A stretch of DNA of 64,000 bases, taken from Hyphomicrobiales bacterium. GTDB lineage: Bacteria; Pseudomonadota; Alphaproteobacteria; Rhizobiales; JAKPQE01. The stretch is taken from NCBI GenBank assembly GCA_041397845.1, contig JAWKVW010000006.1, positions 6,061 to 70,060 on the forward strand, read 5' to 3'. Every line of letters starts with the position of its first letter. Position 1 is the first letter of the stretch. Shown piece after piece: positions 1-13,261 of this stretch. The translations under genes and the position numbers were made by a program. The notes under the pieces are model-generated. The model worked only from the letters and a program-made list of their open reading frames with translations. It did not search any database and was not told the DNA's origin.

Positions 1-590
1 AAGCCGGCGACGCGGCCATAGCCGAGGCTTGCGGCGACATTGCCGGCGGGCGGGCGGCATCGGTCTGCGGCAGGGCGGCGAGCGCCATCAGAAAGAGAAA
101 CGGGATCTCCTTGGCGACGAGCCCGGCCATCATGGCAAGGCCGAGGGGATCATTGACGATGGAGCAGGTCCGGCGGGTAGCGCCAGCCGGTCGCCCAGGG
201 CGAGACGAGGCGGACAAGCCAACCGGAGGGGGCAATGAGGAAGGCAATGCCGAACGCCGCGGCGGCATGGGGCACCGACAGCAGCGGCGAGACGAGGCGG
301 CGCAGTCCGTTGAAGAACGGCGTGCCAAGCCAGCCGGCAACGAAAAAGGCGACGACGGCAAGGGCGGCAAGCGTCGTCAGCAGCCCCGAAGCAAGGCTGA
401 GGCCGACGGAGCGGCCTATGCCCGGCGTCGCCCAGAGATCGGCGAAGGGCTGCAGCGAAAAGCCGTCAGAGCCGAGCACCGGCAGATAGCCGAAGGCCGG
501 CAGGGCAACGCCGACAAGCCCCGCAACGACCGGGCCGATGAGGACGAGGATGGTGAGCGGCGGCGCGAGACGCAGCATGGCGGTGTCGCG
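1..590 (-). CDS. ABC transporter permease, YnjC-like, partial (runs off window edge, frameshift near 150-180)
   Basis: Minus ORF 150..725 contains MLRLAPPLTILVLIGPVVAGLVGVALPAFGYLPVLGSDGFSLQPFADLWATPGIGRSVGLSLASGLL..., a typical permease N-terminus, directly downstream of a YnjB-like binding protein; frame breaks near the left end. Confidence 0.6.
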
Positions 591-603
591 CCTCCCCTTC
601 GGC

Positions 604-1817
604 TCAGGCGCCGTAGCGCTTTTTCCAGGCTTCCTCGAGACGAACCATCCACGAGGGATGGGGCTCGGGCAGCACGGCGCCGAGCTCGGCCGGCGACAGG
701 GTGGCAATGCCGAGGTCGATGGCATCGAGGCGGGCGCGATCCTCCGGCGAGAGCCTTGCCACGTCGAGCACGGTGAAATCGCCCCAGACGTCCGGCTTCT
801 GTTTCTCGATCTGGGCGTCCGGCGACATCAGGAAATTGGCGACGACCATCGCGCCGGCCCTGGCATTGGCGTTGAACGGCATCGCCACGAAATGGGTGTT
901 GCCGATGGTGCCGATGTCCATGACGTAGGAGCGGACGGTGTCGGGCAGCTCGCCCTTGGCGATGGCGGAGCTCGCCTCGGTCTGGTGGAAGGAAAAGGCG
1001 ATCTCGACCTCGCCGTCGGCAAGCAGGGTGCGCAGCGCCGAGGCATTTTCCGGGAAGGCCCGGCCCTCGCGCCACATCAGCGGATGGAGCTTGTCGAGAT
1101 AGGCAAAGAGCGGCGCGGTCGCGGCGTCGAAATCGGTCTCCTCGGCCGGCTTTTCAAGAACGGCGCGATCGGCGACGAGCTCGTAGAGCATTTGCTTCAG
1201 GAAGGTCGAGCCGGTGAAATCGGGCGGCTGGGGATAGGTGAAGCGGCCGGGATGGCTCGCCGCCCAGTCGAGGAGCGCCGGAGCAGACTTCGGCACGTCC
1301 GGGGTGCGGGCGGTGTCGTGATAGAAGACGAGCTGGGCCATGCCCCAGGGCGCCTCGAGACCGTCGACGGGCACGGTGAAATCGCTCGTCACGGTCGGCT
1401 TGCCGGCAACATCGACGAGGGCATAATTCGGCAGCGCGGTCGACCAGGGCGCGGCAGCGAGCAGGTCCTCGCGCTTCATGGCAGGCGAAGTTCTCGCCAT
1501 TGATCGAACTGAGGTCGACCGAACCGCCGCTCGCGCCGCGGCGGTCTTTTCGGCCGAACCGCCGCGACCACCTCGGCGGTGTCAGAGCATGGCGTGGACG
1601 AGCTTGACGCCAGGCGCTTCTCGACCTCGGCGCCGACCCAGGCGATGTAGTCGTTGATGCGCGATTCGCCGGCCCAGGCATGCCAGTAGACCGTCTCGCC
1701 CTTTGCTTCTGCGGGAACGCATCCCATTTCGCGGGATCGGGGTCGGCAAAGCGCCGCGCCTGAAAAGACGGTTCCGGCAGACAGCGCCAGCGCGCCAAAC
1801 CAACGTGCGATGGTCAA
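604..1817 (-). CDS. ABC transporter substrate-binding protein, YnjB family, frameshifted
   Basis: Minus ORF 604..1500 (MKREDLLAAAPWSTALPNYALVDVAGKPTVTSDFTVPVDGLEAPWGMAQLVFYHDTART...EEAWKKRYGA). The N-terminal part (TIARWFGALALSAG..., GETVYWHAWAGESRINDYIAWVGAEVEKRL) continues in other frames; possible TTG start at 1817 behind a GGAGG. Confidence 0.7.
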
Positions 1818-1999
1818 ATCGATTTCCTCCGTTTCCGGCCTGCAGCGCTGCTTTTGGCTCCTGCCGCCGGTTCCCTTGCCATCTTTGGAGCGCACCGGGC
1901 CGGCAGCGTCAAGACACGGTTTCCGGAGGCGGCTGTGATTTCCGCCGACGGGCGGGCATGCCGTTCCGGCACGGTCTCGAGCAATGCGGTTCGCCGACG

Positions 2000-3059
2000 A
2001 AGGGCACCGCACCGATCGAAGCGCACTTGCCGGGGCGCTCGCCGACCGGCCGGACACGGCAGCGGTGACGGCGGCCGACATCCGACCGCTTGCCGACACG
2101 GGCCTTGCGCACTGGCATGCCCGGATTGGCGAGACCGGCTGGCTGGCGCGCATGCCGTAAAGCCAGATGAAGCTCGGCGCCGCCGAAAACCTTCTATCAG
2201 GCAAATTCCTTTCGCGGCCGCCGAGCACTTCCGAGGCACACGCCGAAGCTCATCGACATCGTGGCGCCGACCGAGGAACTGCTCGGGGCGCTCATCGTCG
2301 AGGCGATCGAGGGCCGGGTGCCGCGCCTGCCGGACGACCTTGCGGCCATCGCTGGCGCTCGCGGCGCTGCACCGCTGCCCGATCGAGGAGCCAGCAAGCG
2401 GGCTGAAGCGGATGCCGCCAATCCGCTGACGGCGATGCTGCTCGAGGGTTCGCGACAGGCGGAATTCCTCGAGCCGGCCGATATCGACGACGTCATGGCT
2501 CGACATCCGCTCCGAGCTCGACAAGGTGTTCCGGCACGTGGAACGGCTCGGCCGGCCGCCACGGACACTGATCTCGTTCGACGCCCATCCGGGCAATTTC
2601 CTCATCGAGGAACGGGCCGACGAGGCCCCGCGCGCCGTTCTCGTCGATCTCGACAAGATGCTGCTTTCCTCGCCCAGCCGACCTCGCGCACGTACGACGC
2701 TCTACACCTCGACGACCTGGGACCCGAACACCTCGGCGGTGCTCTCGGGCGAGGAGATGCTCGCCTTCTATCGTGCCTGGATCGCGGCAATGGGCGATGA
2801 CGCGGAACAGCACGTTGCCGTTCCTCGAAATCAGCCGGCGACGGTCTTCTGGCTCTGGTCGGCGACCTGGTGCGCCAAGTGGCAAGTGCTTTCCGGCGAG
2901 ACGGCGAAGGAAGCGGCCGAGACGAGCGCCAATGCCGAGGACTGGTCGGAGGAAAAGAGCGCGGCGGCCCTCATTGCCCACGTCGCCGAGCGGGTAACGC
3001 ACTACCTCCAGCCCGAGACCATCGCCCGGGTGCGGGCAACGCTTGCCATCAAGCCTTGA
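2000..3059 (+). CDS. Aminoglycoside/choline-kinase-like phosphotransferase family protein, frameshifted
   Basis: ORF 2526..3059 contains LISFDAHPGNFLIEE...AVLVDLDKMLLSSP (APH-like catalytic HxGN and metal-binding D motifs); the upstream part is spread over other frames. Confidence 0.55.
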
Positions 3060-3193
3060 GCCGGCCGCTTTCAGCAAGCTGTTAAGTCTTTGCCGAACCG
3101 TCAGAAACAAGCGCGGTTTCGGCATGAAATCAACGACAGCACAATTACCCTATATTCGGCAGACGAGCGAATCACCGAAAGAGACGAGCAGGT

Positions 3194-6562
<3,369 letters not shown>

Positions 6563-6669
6563 GACGGCTCTTTGCGGAATGTGTGGCAGTTTTTGCCGGA
6601 AATAGGTCATTGCTGCCAGAATTGAAACCGGAAATCCTGTCGTCGTCAACCGAGCTTCAGGAGCCTTCC

Positions 6670-7359
6670 ATGACAGACGCGCCGTTTCGCATCGTATTCG
6701 CCATCTATCCGGGCATGACGCAGCTCGACTTCACCGGGCCGCACCAGTTTCTCAGCCGCCTGCCGGGGAGCGAGACGATCGTCGCCAGTCCGGCCGGCGG
6801 CGACGTTGCCGCCGAGGGCCTCGTCTTTGCCGGCACGGCGGCGATAGCCGATGTCGGGTCCTGCGACCTCATCTGCGTTCCGGGCGGCGTGCCGGCGGCG
6901 CGGATCGGCCTCGACGAGGCGTTCATCGGCGAGATCCGCCGGCTGGCGCTCGGGGCGCGCTACATCACCTCGGTGTGCACCGGCTCGCTCATCCTCGGCG
7001 CGACCGGGCTTCTGAAGGGCAAGCGCGCCGCCTGCCACTGGGCCTGGCGCGAGCTTCTGCCGATCTACGGCGCCATTCCCGACCCGGCACGGGTCGTGCG
7101 CGACGGCAACATCATCACCGGCGGCGGCGTGACGGCCGGCATCGACTTCGCGCTGACGGTGCTTGCCGAAGTTGCCGGCAGAGACGTCGCCGAGGCGCTG
7201 CAGCTCGGCCTCGAATACGCCCCCGAGCCGCCGTTCAATTCCGGCCGGCCGGAGACGGCACCGGCGGCGACGGTCGCCTTGCTGAAGGCGCGCCTCGATC
7301 AGGCCGCCGCCGGGCGACGGCAGGACGCGGAGGCGGCGGCGGCGCGGCTTTCATCCTGA
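6670..7359 (+). CDS. DJ-1/PfpI family protein, isonitrile hydratase-like
   Basis: MTDAPFRIVFAIYPGMTQLDFTGPHQFLSRLPG...ITSVCTGSLILGATGLLKGKRAACHWAWRELL...GGGVTAGIDFAL. Confidence 0.8.
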   Translation: MTDAPFRIVFAIYPGMTQLDFTGPHQFLSRLPGSETIVASPAGGDVAAEGLVFAGTAAIADVGSCDLICVPGGVPAARIGLDEAFIGEIRRLALGARYITSVCTGSLILGATGLLKGKRAACHWAWRELLPIYGAIPDPARVVRDGNIITGGGVTAGIDFALTVLAEVAGRDVAEALQLGLEYAPEPPFNSGRPETAPAATVALLKARLDQAAAGRRQDAEAAAARLSS

Positions 7360-7433
7360 GCCGCGTGCCGGCCGCAACGCGGTCCGCGCTTCGACCGGCA
7401 TTTGCCGGGGATATCAGCCTTGCCCGCCAAAAC

Positions 7434-7845
7434 CTGCACCGGCCGGCGAGGGCGCGAGACGGATCAGGCGTGAATCAAGCACCGCCGCCTGGCGATGCTT
7501 GACGGCCTCGCGGTAAACCGGATCGCGCAGCATCTCGATGAAGGCGGCAACGCTTGATATTCGGCGATAAAGCACTCGTCCCAAGCCTCCTCGGCCGGCC
7601 CGATCAACATCAGCTCAAAGGAGCCGCGCCAGACGATGCGGCCACCGAGACGGGCAAAGACCGGATAGCTTTCACGGCCATAGGCGGCATAGGCCTCGGC
7701 GCCGGTCGCCCCGCGCCCGTCGGATAGGCTGCCTCGCCACGAAAGCGCACGAGGTTGAGCATGTGAATCGGACCCGGTCGGTCATTGGCGCGGAATGCGC
7801 CGAAGGTCTCTTTCGTCGGATCGACGAAACCGACATGCTGGTTTC
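7434..7845 (-). CDS. DUF1330 domain-containing protein, frameshifted
   Basis: MLNLVRFRGEAAYPTG in one frame, then GAEAYAAYGRESYPVFARLGGRIVWRGSFELMLIGPAEEAWDECFIAEY and AAFIEMLRDPVYREAVKHRQAAVLDSRLIRL in others; at least two frame changes (near 7715 and 7558). Confidence 0.7.
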
Positions 7846-7990
7846 TCCTTGCGCGGGCGGTTCCGGGCAATGGCGGACTTGCCGACGCGGAGCTTAGCTG
7901 AATTCGCTGCAGACCAGGACCTTCGGCAAAAAGCTTTTTGCAAAACAAAACCGCGTCGGATCGCTCCGGCGCGGTCTTCAATCTTGCGTC

Positions 7991-8046
7991 CCTGCCGGCG
8001 GGCGGCAGGGTTTTCAATCGCTATTGCCTGCCGGCAGGCGGCAGGG
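7991..8046. repeat. Two near-identical GC-rich palindromic 20-mers
   Basis: CCTGCCGGCGGGCGGCAGGG (7991-8010) and CCTGCCGGCAGGCGGCAGGG (8027-8046), start-to-start spacing 36 bp; GCCTGCCGGCAGGC at 8026-8039 is a perfect palindrome. Lies 3' of infC. Confidence 0.7.
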
Positions 8047-8106
8047 CTATCAGCCCCTTGCGCCATGCCTGCCGGAAAACCGGTTACGGTCTTCCAGCAA
8101 GGAGCA

Positions 8107-8643
8107 TCAGCGCGGCGCCAGCACCATGATCATCTGGCGGCCTTCGAGCTTCGGCTCGGCCTCGACCTTGGCGAAGTCGGCGGTGTCGTCGCGGACCTTG
8201 TGGAGCAACTGCATGCCGAGCTCCTGATGGGCCATCTCGCGACCGCGGAAGCGGAGCGTCACCTTGACCTTGTCGCCTTCCTCGAAGAAGCGCTTGATCG
8301 ACCGCATCTTGACCTCATAGTCGTGCGTGTCGATGTTCGGACGGACCTTGATCTCCTTGATCTCGACCGTCTTCTGCTTCTTGCGCGCTTCGGCAGCCTT
8401 CTTCTGGCTCTGGTACTTGTACTTGCCGAAATCGAGGATCTTGCAGACCGGCGGCGCCGAATTCGGCGAGATCTCGACCAGATCGAGCCCCTGCTCGACC
8501 GCGAGATTGAGGGCCTCATCAATCGGAACGATGCCCAGATTGACGCCTTCAGCGTCGATCAGCTGTACCCGTGCTTCGCGGATATCGCGATTCACGCGGG
8601 GCCCTTCCTTCTGAACGGGCGCGGCTCTGTGTGGACGGCGAAT
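8107..8643 (-). CDS. infC: Translation initiation factor IF-3 (ATT start)
   Basis: [77 protein letters not shown]...[14 protein letters not shown]; ATT codon at 8643..8641 preceded by AGGAG. Confidence 0.92.
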   Translation of the reverse strand: MRRPHRAAPVQKEGPRVNRDIREARVQLIDAEGVNLGIVPIDEALNLAVEQGLDLVEISPNSAPPVCKILDFGKYKYQSQKKAAEARKKQKTVEIKEIKVRPNIDTHDYEVKMRSIKRFFEEGDKVKVTLRFRGREMAHQELGMQLLHKVRDDTADFAKVEAEPKLEGRQMIMVLAPR

Positions 8644-8955
8644 GGTCAGGGTCTCCTAGTCGATTGATACAAATTCCGTTCGCGGCAGCCTCGGCCACCA
8701 CGTCTTCCCCGACCCTAATGCCAAACGAGCCCGAACGGAATCGAAAACGAGCCCGCCAGAGCCTGTTTCGCGCCGATTCTCCAGATTTTCGGTGTTTCTG
8801 GCCCCGGATGGCAGCGCGGAATCGCGGAAAGCCTGTCCGGACCGCATCGAACATCCCTCGCGAGGCGACCGGGCAGAGGCCTGACATTCTCCAACTCGCC
8901 GCGCTTCGTCAAGCGTCGCTTGATGGGCCGGTAAACGGTTCTTGACCGGATGACG

Positions 8956-10158
8956 TCAGGAAACCCGCCGGCGGAGACGGTCATAGACCGCAAGGGTCGC
9001 GCCGGTCATCACCGGCAGATCGAAATGCCGGAGCATGAAAGCCCGGACCTTGTCGCCATAGTCCGCACCCTTGTCCGGCGCGACGAGCAGCGCTTCCTCG
9101 ATCGCCTCAGCCAGTGCGTTGGCATCCGCGGCCGGGACGCGCCAGCCGGTCCGCGCCGCGGCGTCGACCTCGGGCGGCTGCAGCACCGTTTCGGCAAAGG
9201 CGCCAAGATCGGAGACAACGACCGGGCGACCCATGGCGCCGGCCTCGACCGCGGCGCGGCCAAACGTCTCGGGCACGAGCGAGGGGGCGATGACGACGCT
9301 CGCCAGCGACAGGGCGGCCGGCATGTCGGCGCAGTGACCGACGAAACGGACGCGACCGGCAAGCCCCGCCGCCGCGACGTCGGCATCGAGCTCGGCGCGA
9401 AAGCCGGCGCGGCCCTGCTCGTCGCCGGCCATGACGAAGACGAGATCGGGGTGCTGCCCGGCGAGCCGGGCGGCGGCCTCGATCGCCACCTTGTGACCCT
9501 TGATCGGACTGACCCGGGCCGGCAGCAGCACGACGCGATCGCCGGCCGCAATCGCCCAGGCGGCGGCCAGCCTGTTGCGACGCTCCGGCGTGATGCGGGC
9601 CGGATCGAAGGCGGCAAGGTCGGTGCCGCGCGGGATGACGACGATGCGATCGCGGGCGGAGGGGAACCGTTCGGCAATGACGCCGGCGGTGAAGGCGGAA
9701 TTGGCGATCACCGCGTCGCCACGGGCCATCACCGAATTGTAGAGCGCCTTCAGGCGACCGACCTGCTTGTAGGCACCATGGAACGTCGTGACGAACGGAA
9801 TGCCGGTGCGGCGGGCGGCAAGGAGCGCCGACCAGGCGGGGGCGCGGCTGCGGGCATGGATGATGTCGACCCTTTCGCGCCGGATGAGGGCGGCGAGGCG
9901 GCCGACATTGAGAACCATCCGGAGCGGATTCTTGGCCGCGACCGGAAGATCGAACCACTCGCCGCCCCTTGCCTGAAGCTCGGCGACGAGCCGGCCGCCC
10001 TCGCTTGCCACCAGCGCCCGGTCGCCCCTTGCGGCGAGGGCTGCGGCGATATCGACCGTGGTGCGCTCGGCGCCGCCGGCCTCGAGCTCGGGGATCACCT
10101 GCAGGATCGTCAGAGGGCGGGCTTTTCGTCCATCGCCGGTTATGGGATCAAGGGGCAA
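8956..10158 (-). CDS. Glycosyltransferase family 4 (GT-B)
   Basis: LTILQVIPELEAGGAERTTVDIAAAL...VDIIHARSRAPAWSALLAARRTGIPFVTTFHGAY...VVLLPARVSPIKGHKVAIEAAARL...PSLVPETFGRAAVEAGAMGRPVVVSDLGAFAETV; TTG start at 10158 is a guess. Confidence 0.85.
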   Translation of the reverse strand: MPLDPITGDGRKARPLTILQVIPELEAGGAERTTVDIAAALAARGDRALVASEGGRLVAELQARGGEWFDLPVAAKNPLRMVLNVGRLAALIRRERVDIIHARSRAPAWSALLAARRTGIPFVTTFHGAYKQVGRLKALYNSVMARGDAVIANSAFTAGVIAERFPSARDRIVVIPRGTDLAAFDPARITPERRNRLAAAWAIAAGDRVVLLPARVSPIKGHKVAIEAAARLAGQHPDLVFVMAGDEQGRAGFRAELDADVAAAGLAGRVRFVGHCADMPAALSLASVVIAPSLVPETFGRAAVEAGAMGRPVVVSDLGAFAETVLQPPEVDAAARTGWRVPAADANALAEAIEEALLVAPDKGADYGDKVRAFMLRHFDLPVMTGATLAVYDRLRRRVS

Positions 10159-10218
10159 GGGCGACCCTTCTTTCGGATTCGTCGCGCACCGACATCGAAC
10201 AGAGGCCCGGACAGTAGG

Positions 10219-10995
10219 ATGAGCGAGACGGAACCGCAAACGCTTCGTGTCGAGACAGACGGCTACGGCCGTGACATCGCCGTGCTCCATCGCGACGGCG
10301 CCGGACCGGGCATCATCTGGCTCGGCGGCTTTCGATCGGAGATGACCGGCACCAAGGCGGCGGCGCTTGCCGAGCATGCCGCGCGGGCCGGCCGCGCCGT
10401 CACGCGCTTCGACTATTCCGGCCACGGCGCCTCGGGCGGCGCCTTCACCGACGGCACGATCGGGCGCTGGCTCGACGAGGCGACCGCCGTCTTCGACGCG
10501 TTCACCAAGGGACCGCAGATCGCCGTCGGCTCGTCGATGGGCGGCTGGCTCACCCTGCTGCTTGCCCGCCGGCTGGCGGCGCGCGGCGAAAGCGGCCGGC
10601 TCAAGGCCCTTGTGCTGATCGCGCCGGCAACCGACATGACGGACAGCCTGATGTGGCGGCGCTGGCCGGACACGATCCGGCGCGAGATCACGGAGGCCGG
10701 CCATCTTTCGGTGCCGTCGCAATATTGCGCGGAGCCGACGATGATCACCCGGGCGCTCGTCGAGGAAGGGCGGGCGCATCTTTTCGGCGACGCGCCGATC
10801 GTTGCCGGATGCCCGGTGCATATCCTGCACGGCGTCGACGATCCGGATGTGCCGGTGTCGATGTCCCTCGACCTCGTGTCGCGCCTTGCCGAGGACGATG
10901 TCGTTCTCACCCTCGTCAAGGCCGGGGACCACCGGCTGTCGCGGCCGCAGGACATCGAGCTGATGCTGTCGACGGTCGCCGCGCTCGGCGACTGA
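10219..10995 (+). CDS. Alpha/beta hydrolase
   Basis: MSETEPQTLRVETDG...GIIWLGGFRSEMTGTKA...VTRFDYSGHGASGGAF...IAVGSSMGGWLTLLLARRL...HILHGVDDPDVP...AGDHRLS. Confidence 0.88.
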   Translation: MSETEPQTLRVETDGYGRDIAVLHRDGAGPGIIWLGGFRSEMTGTKAAALAEHAARAGRAVTRFDYSGHGASGGAFTDGTIGRWLDEATAVFDAFTKGPQIAVGSSMGGWLTLLLARRLAARGESGRLKALVLIAPATDMTDSLMWRRWPDTIRREITEAGHLSVPSQYCAEPTMITRALVEEGRAHLFGDAPIVAGCPVHILHGVDDPDVPVSMSLDLVSRLAEDDVVLTLVKAGDHRLSRPQDIELMLSTVAALGD

Positions 10996-11051
10996 ACCGG
11001 CCGAACCGGTTCCATCCTGCCCGTGGCCGCCGTTGAGGAGTCGAACGTCAA

Positions 11052-12272
11052 ATGGCGCTTTCCGGAACGTTCGCGATGCTGAAAGGCCGCCTTGGCGCGG
11101 TGCCGCGCGGCGTCATCATGCTCGGCTTCGTCAGCATGTTCATGGACCTTTCCTCGGAAATGATCCACGCGCTGCTGCCGCTCTATCTCGTCGGCCCGCT
11201 CGGCGCCTCGACGGCGCTTGTCGGCTTCGTCGAGGGCGTCGCCGAATCGATCGCGGCGATCACCAAGGTCTTTTCCGGGGCGATCAGCGACCGCATCGCC
11301 CGGCGCAAGCCGCTGGTGCTTCTCGGCTATGGCCTTGCGGCGATCACCAAGCCGGTGTTCCCGCTGGCGAGTTCCGCCTGGATGGTGGTCGGCGCCCGGT
11401 TCGTCGACCGGTTCGGCAAGGGCCTTCGCGGGGCGCCGCGCGACGCGCTGATCGCCGACCTGACGACACCGGGGACGCGCGGCGCGGCCTATGGCATGCG
11501 CCAGTCGATGGACACGATCGGGGCGATCCTGGCGCCGGGCGCCGCCATCCTCCTGATGTGGCTCTACAATGATTTCCGGCTGGTGTTCTGGATCGCCGTC
11601 ATCCCGGCGTTCATCTCGGTGCTGTTCGTCGTCTTCGGGGTTTCGGAAACCGACCCTGAGCCGGCCGCAAAGGGCAGCCGGCCGAAGCTCGACTGGCGCA
11701 CCGCGCGGCGGCTGCCGAGGCTCTATTTCGCCGTGCTCGGCGTTGCCTTCATCCTGACGCTGGCGCGCTTCTCCGAGGCCTTCCTCGTTCTTGCCGCGCA
11801 CCATGCCGGCCTCGTCGTCGCGCTCGCGCCGCTCGTCTATGTCGCCATGAACATCGTCTATTCGATCACGGCGGCGCTGGCCGGCAGCCTGTCGGACGGC
11901 GTCGACCGGCGGGCGATCCTGATTGCCGGCACGCTGGCGCTGATCGTTGCCGATGTCTTCCTCGCCATGACGGGATCGCTCGCTGCGGTCGGGCTCGGCG
12001 TCCTCGTCTGGGGCCTGCACATGGGCCTGACGCAGGGGCTCTTTGCAGCGCTCATCGCCGATATCGCGCCGAGCGACCTGCGCGGCACGGCATTCGGCCT
12101 CTATAACCTTGCGACCGGCCTTGCCATGCTGGCGGCGAGCCTCATTGCCGGGGTCCTCTGGGACATGAGCGGGCCGACGGCGACCTTCCTTGCCGGCGCG
12201 GGGTTCACTGTCATCGCGCTTTTCGGCATGCTGGCGCTGCCGCGGCGCGCCGGACAGACGCCGCGCACCTGA
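11052..12272 (+). CDS. MFS transporter
   Basis: Multi-TM protein with [65 protein letters not shown]...[20 protein letters not shown]. Confidence 0.88.
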   Translation: MALSGTFAMLKGRLGAVPRGVIMLGFVSMFMDLSSEMIHALLPLYLVGPLGASTALVGFVEGVAESIAAITKVFSGAISDRIARRKPLVLLGYGLAAITKPVFPLASSAWMVVGARFVDRFGKGLRGAPRDALIADLTTPGTRGAAYGMRQSMDTIGAILAPGAAILLMWLYNDFRLVFWIAVIPAFISVLFVVFGVSETDPEPAAKGSRPKLDWRTARRLPRLYFAVLGVAFILTLARFSEAFLVLAAHHAGLVVALAPLVYVAMNIVYSITAALAGSLSDGVDRRAILIAGTLALIVADVFLAMTGSLAAVGLGVLVWGLHMGLTQGLFAALIADIAPSDLRGTAFGLYNLATGLAMLAASLIAGVLWDMSGPTATFLAGAGFTVIALFGMLALPRRAGQTPRT

Positions 12273-12297
12273 CCTTGCCGCAACTGACGGACAGACG

Positions 12298-13047
12298 ATG
12301 GCCCGATACGAGTTCCGCATGCAGCGCCTGTTCGTCCGCCACGGCCTTGGCGCCGGCGGAACAATGACGCTCGACCGTGGCCAGACCAACTACCTCGTCA
12401 ACGTGCTGCGGCTCGGCGAGGGCGGGCGCGTGCTGTTGTTCAATGGCCATGACGGCGAATGGGTCGCCGAGATCAGCCGCGCCGACCGCAAGGGGGCATC
12501 GATCTCGCTCGTCGAGCAGGTGCGGCCGCAGCCGGCCGCGGCCGAGCTTCGCTATCTCTTTGCGCCGCTGAAGCAGGCGCGCCTCGACTACATGGTGCAG
12601 AAGGCGACGGAGATGGGCGCCGGCCGGCTGACGCCGGTCATCACCCAGCACACCCAGGTGACCAAGCTCAATCTGGAGCGGCTCGAGGCGAACATCATCG
12701 AGGCGGCCGAGCAGTGCGGCATCCTCTCGATCCCGCAGCTCGACGCGCCGGTGCCGCTGCGCACGCTGCTCGATGCCTGGCCCGGCGCCGAACCGGAACG
12801 GCGCATCATCTTCTGCGACGAAGGCGAGGAGGGCGGCGATCCGCTGACCACGCTCGGCGGCCTTGCGGCCGGGCCGCTTGCGGTGCTTATCGGGCCGGAG
12901 GGCGGCTTTTCGGAGGACGAGCGGGCGGTGCTGCATTCCAAGCGCTTCGTCACGGCTATTCCGCTCGGGCCGCGGATCCTGCGGGCCGACACGGCGGCCG
13001 TCGCGGCGCTCGCCGTCGTCCAGGCGCGGCTCGGCGACTGGCGCTAG
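12298..13047 (+). CDS. rsmE: 16S rRNA (uracil(1498)-N(3))-methyltransferase
   Basis: [35 protein letters not shown]...[24 protein letters not shown]...[47 protein letters not shown]. Confidence 0.93.
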   Translation: MARYEFRMQRLFVRHGLGAGGTMTLDRGQTNYLVNVLRLGEGGRVLLFNGHDGEWVAEISRADRKGASISLVEQVRPQPAAAELRYLFAPLKQARLDYMVQKATEMGAGRLTPVITQHTQVTKLNLERLEANIIEAAEQCGILSIPQLDAPVPLRTLLDAWPGAEPERRIIFCDEGEEGGDPLTTLGGLAAGPLAVLIGPEGGFSEDERAVLHSKRFVTAIPLGPRILRADTAAVAALAVVQARLGDWR

Positions 13048-13080
13048 ATTTTCCGCCAGACCCTGGTCGAGACCGGGCAC

Positions 13081-13140
13081 GTGACTGGGGGCGTGACTGG
13101 CCGCGTGACTTGCCGCGTGACTGGCCGCGTGACTGGCCGC
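13081..13140. repeat. Tandem repeat, five copies of 12-bp GTGACTGGCCGC
   Basis: GTGACTGGGGGC GTGACTGGCCGC GTGACTTGCCGC GTGACTGGCCGC GTGACTGGCCGC, read directly; intergenic between rsmE and gshA. Confidence 0.95.
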
Positions 13141-13261
13141 GCGTGCCTGCGAGAGCACCAACCGGGTATGCCGCGGTGCCGCAATTTCACGCAATTGGCA
13201 TTTGTAACCGGCAAACCCCGCCTATATGTTCCGGCATCCTGCCTCCGGACCGGAGCCTTTC

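Noticed and set aside
8950-10200. Plus-strand N-terminal extension of the 681-aa ORF ending at 10995
   Set aside because: The first 420 or so residues are antisense to the glycosyltransferase; the real alpha/beta hydrolase starts at 10219.
10413-12389. 658-aa minus ORF opposite the hydrolase and MFS genes
   Set aside because: Shadow ORF; the MFS and hydrolase proteins on the plus strand have clear motifs.
13081-13140. CRISPR array
   Set aside because: The repeats are contiguous 12-mers without spacers; no cas genes anywhere in the window.
13060-13194. Protein repeat ASHAASHAASHAASHA on the minus strand
   Set aside because: It is just the 12-bp DNA tandem repeat translated in an antisense open frame upstream of no recognisable gene.
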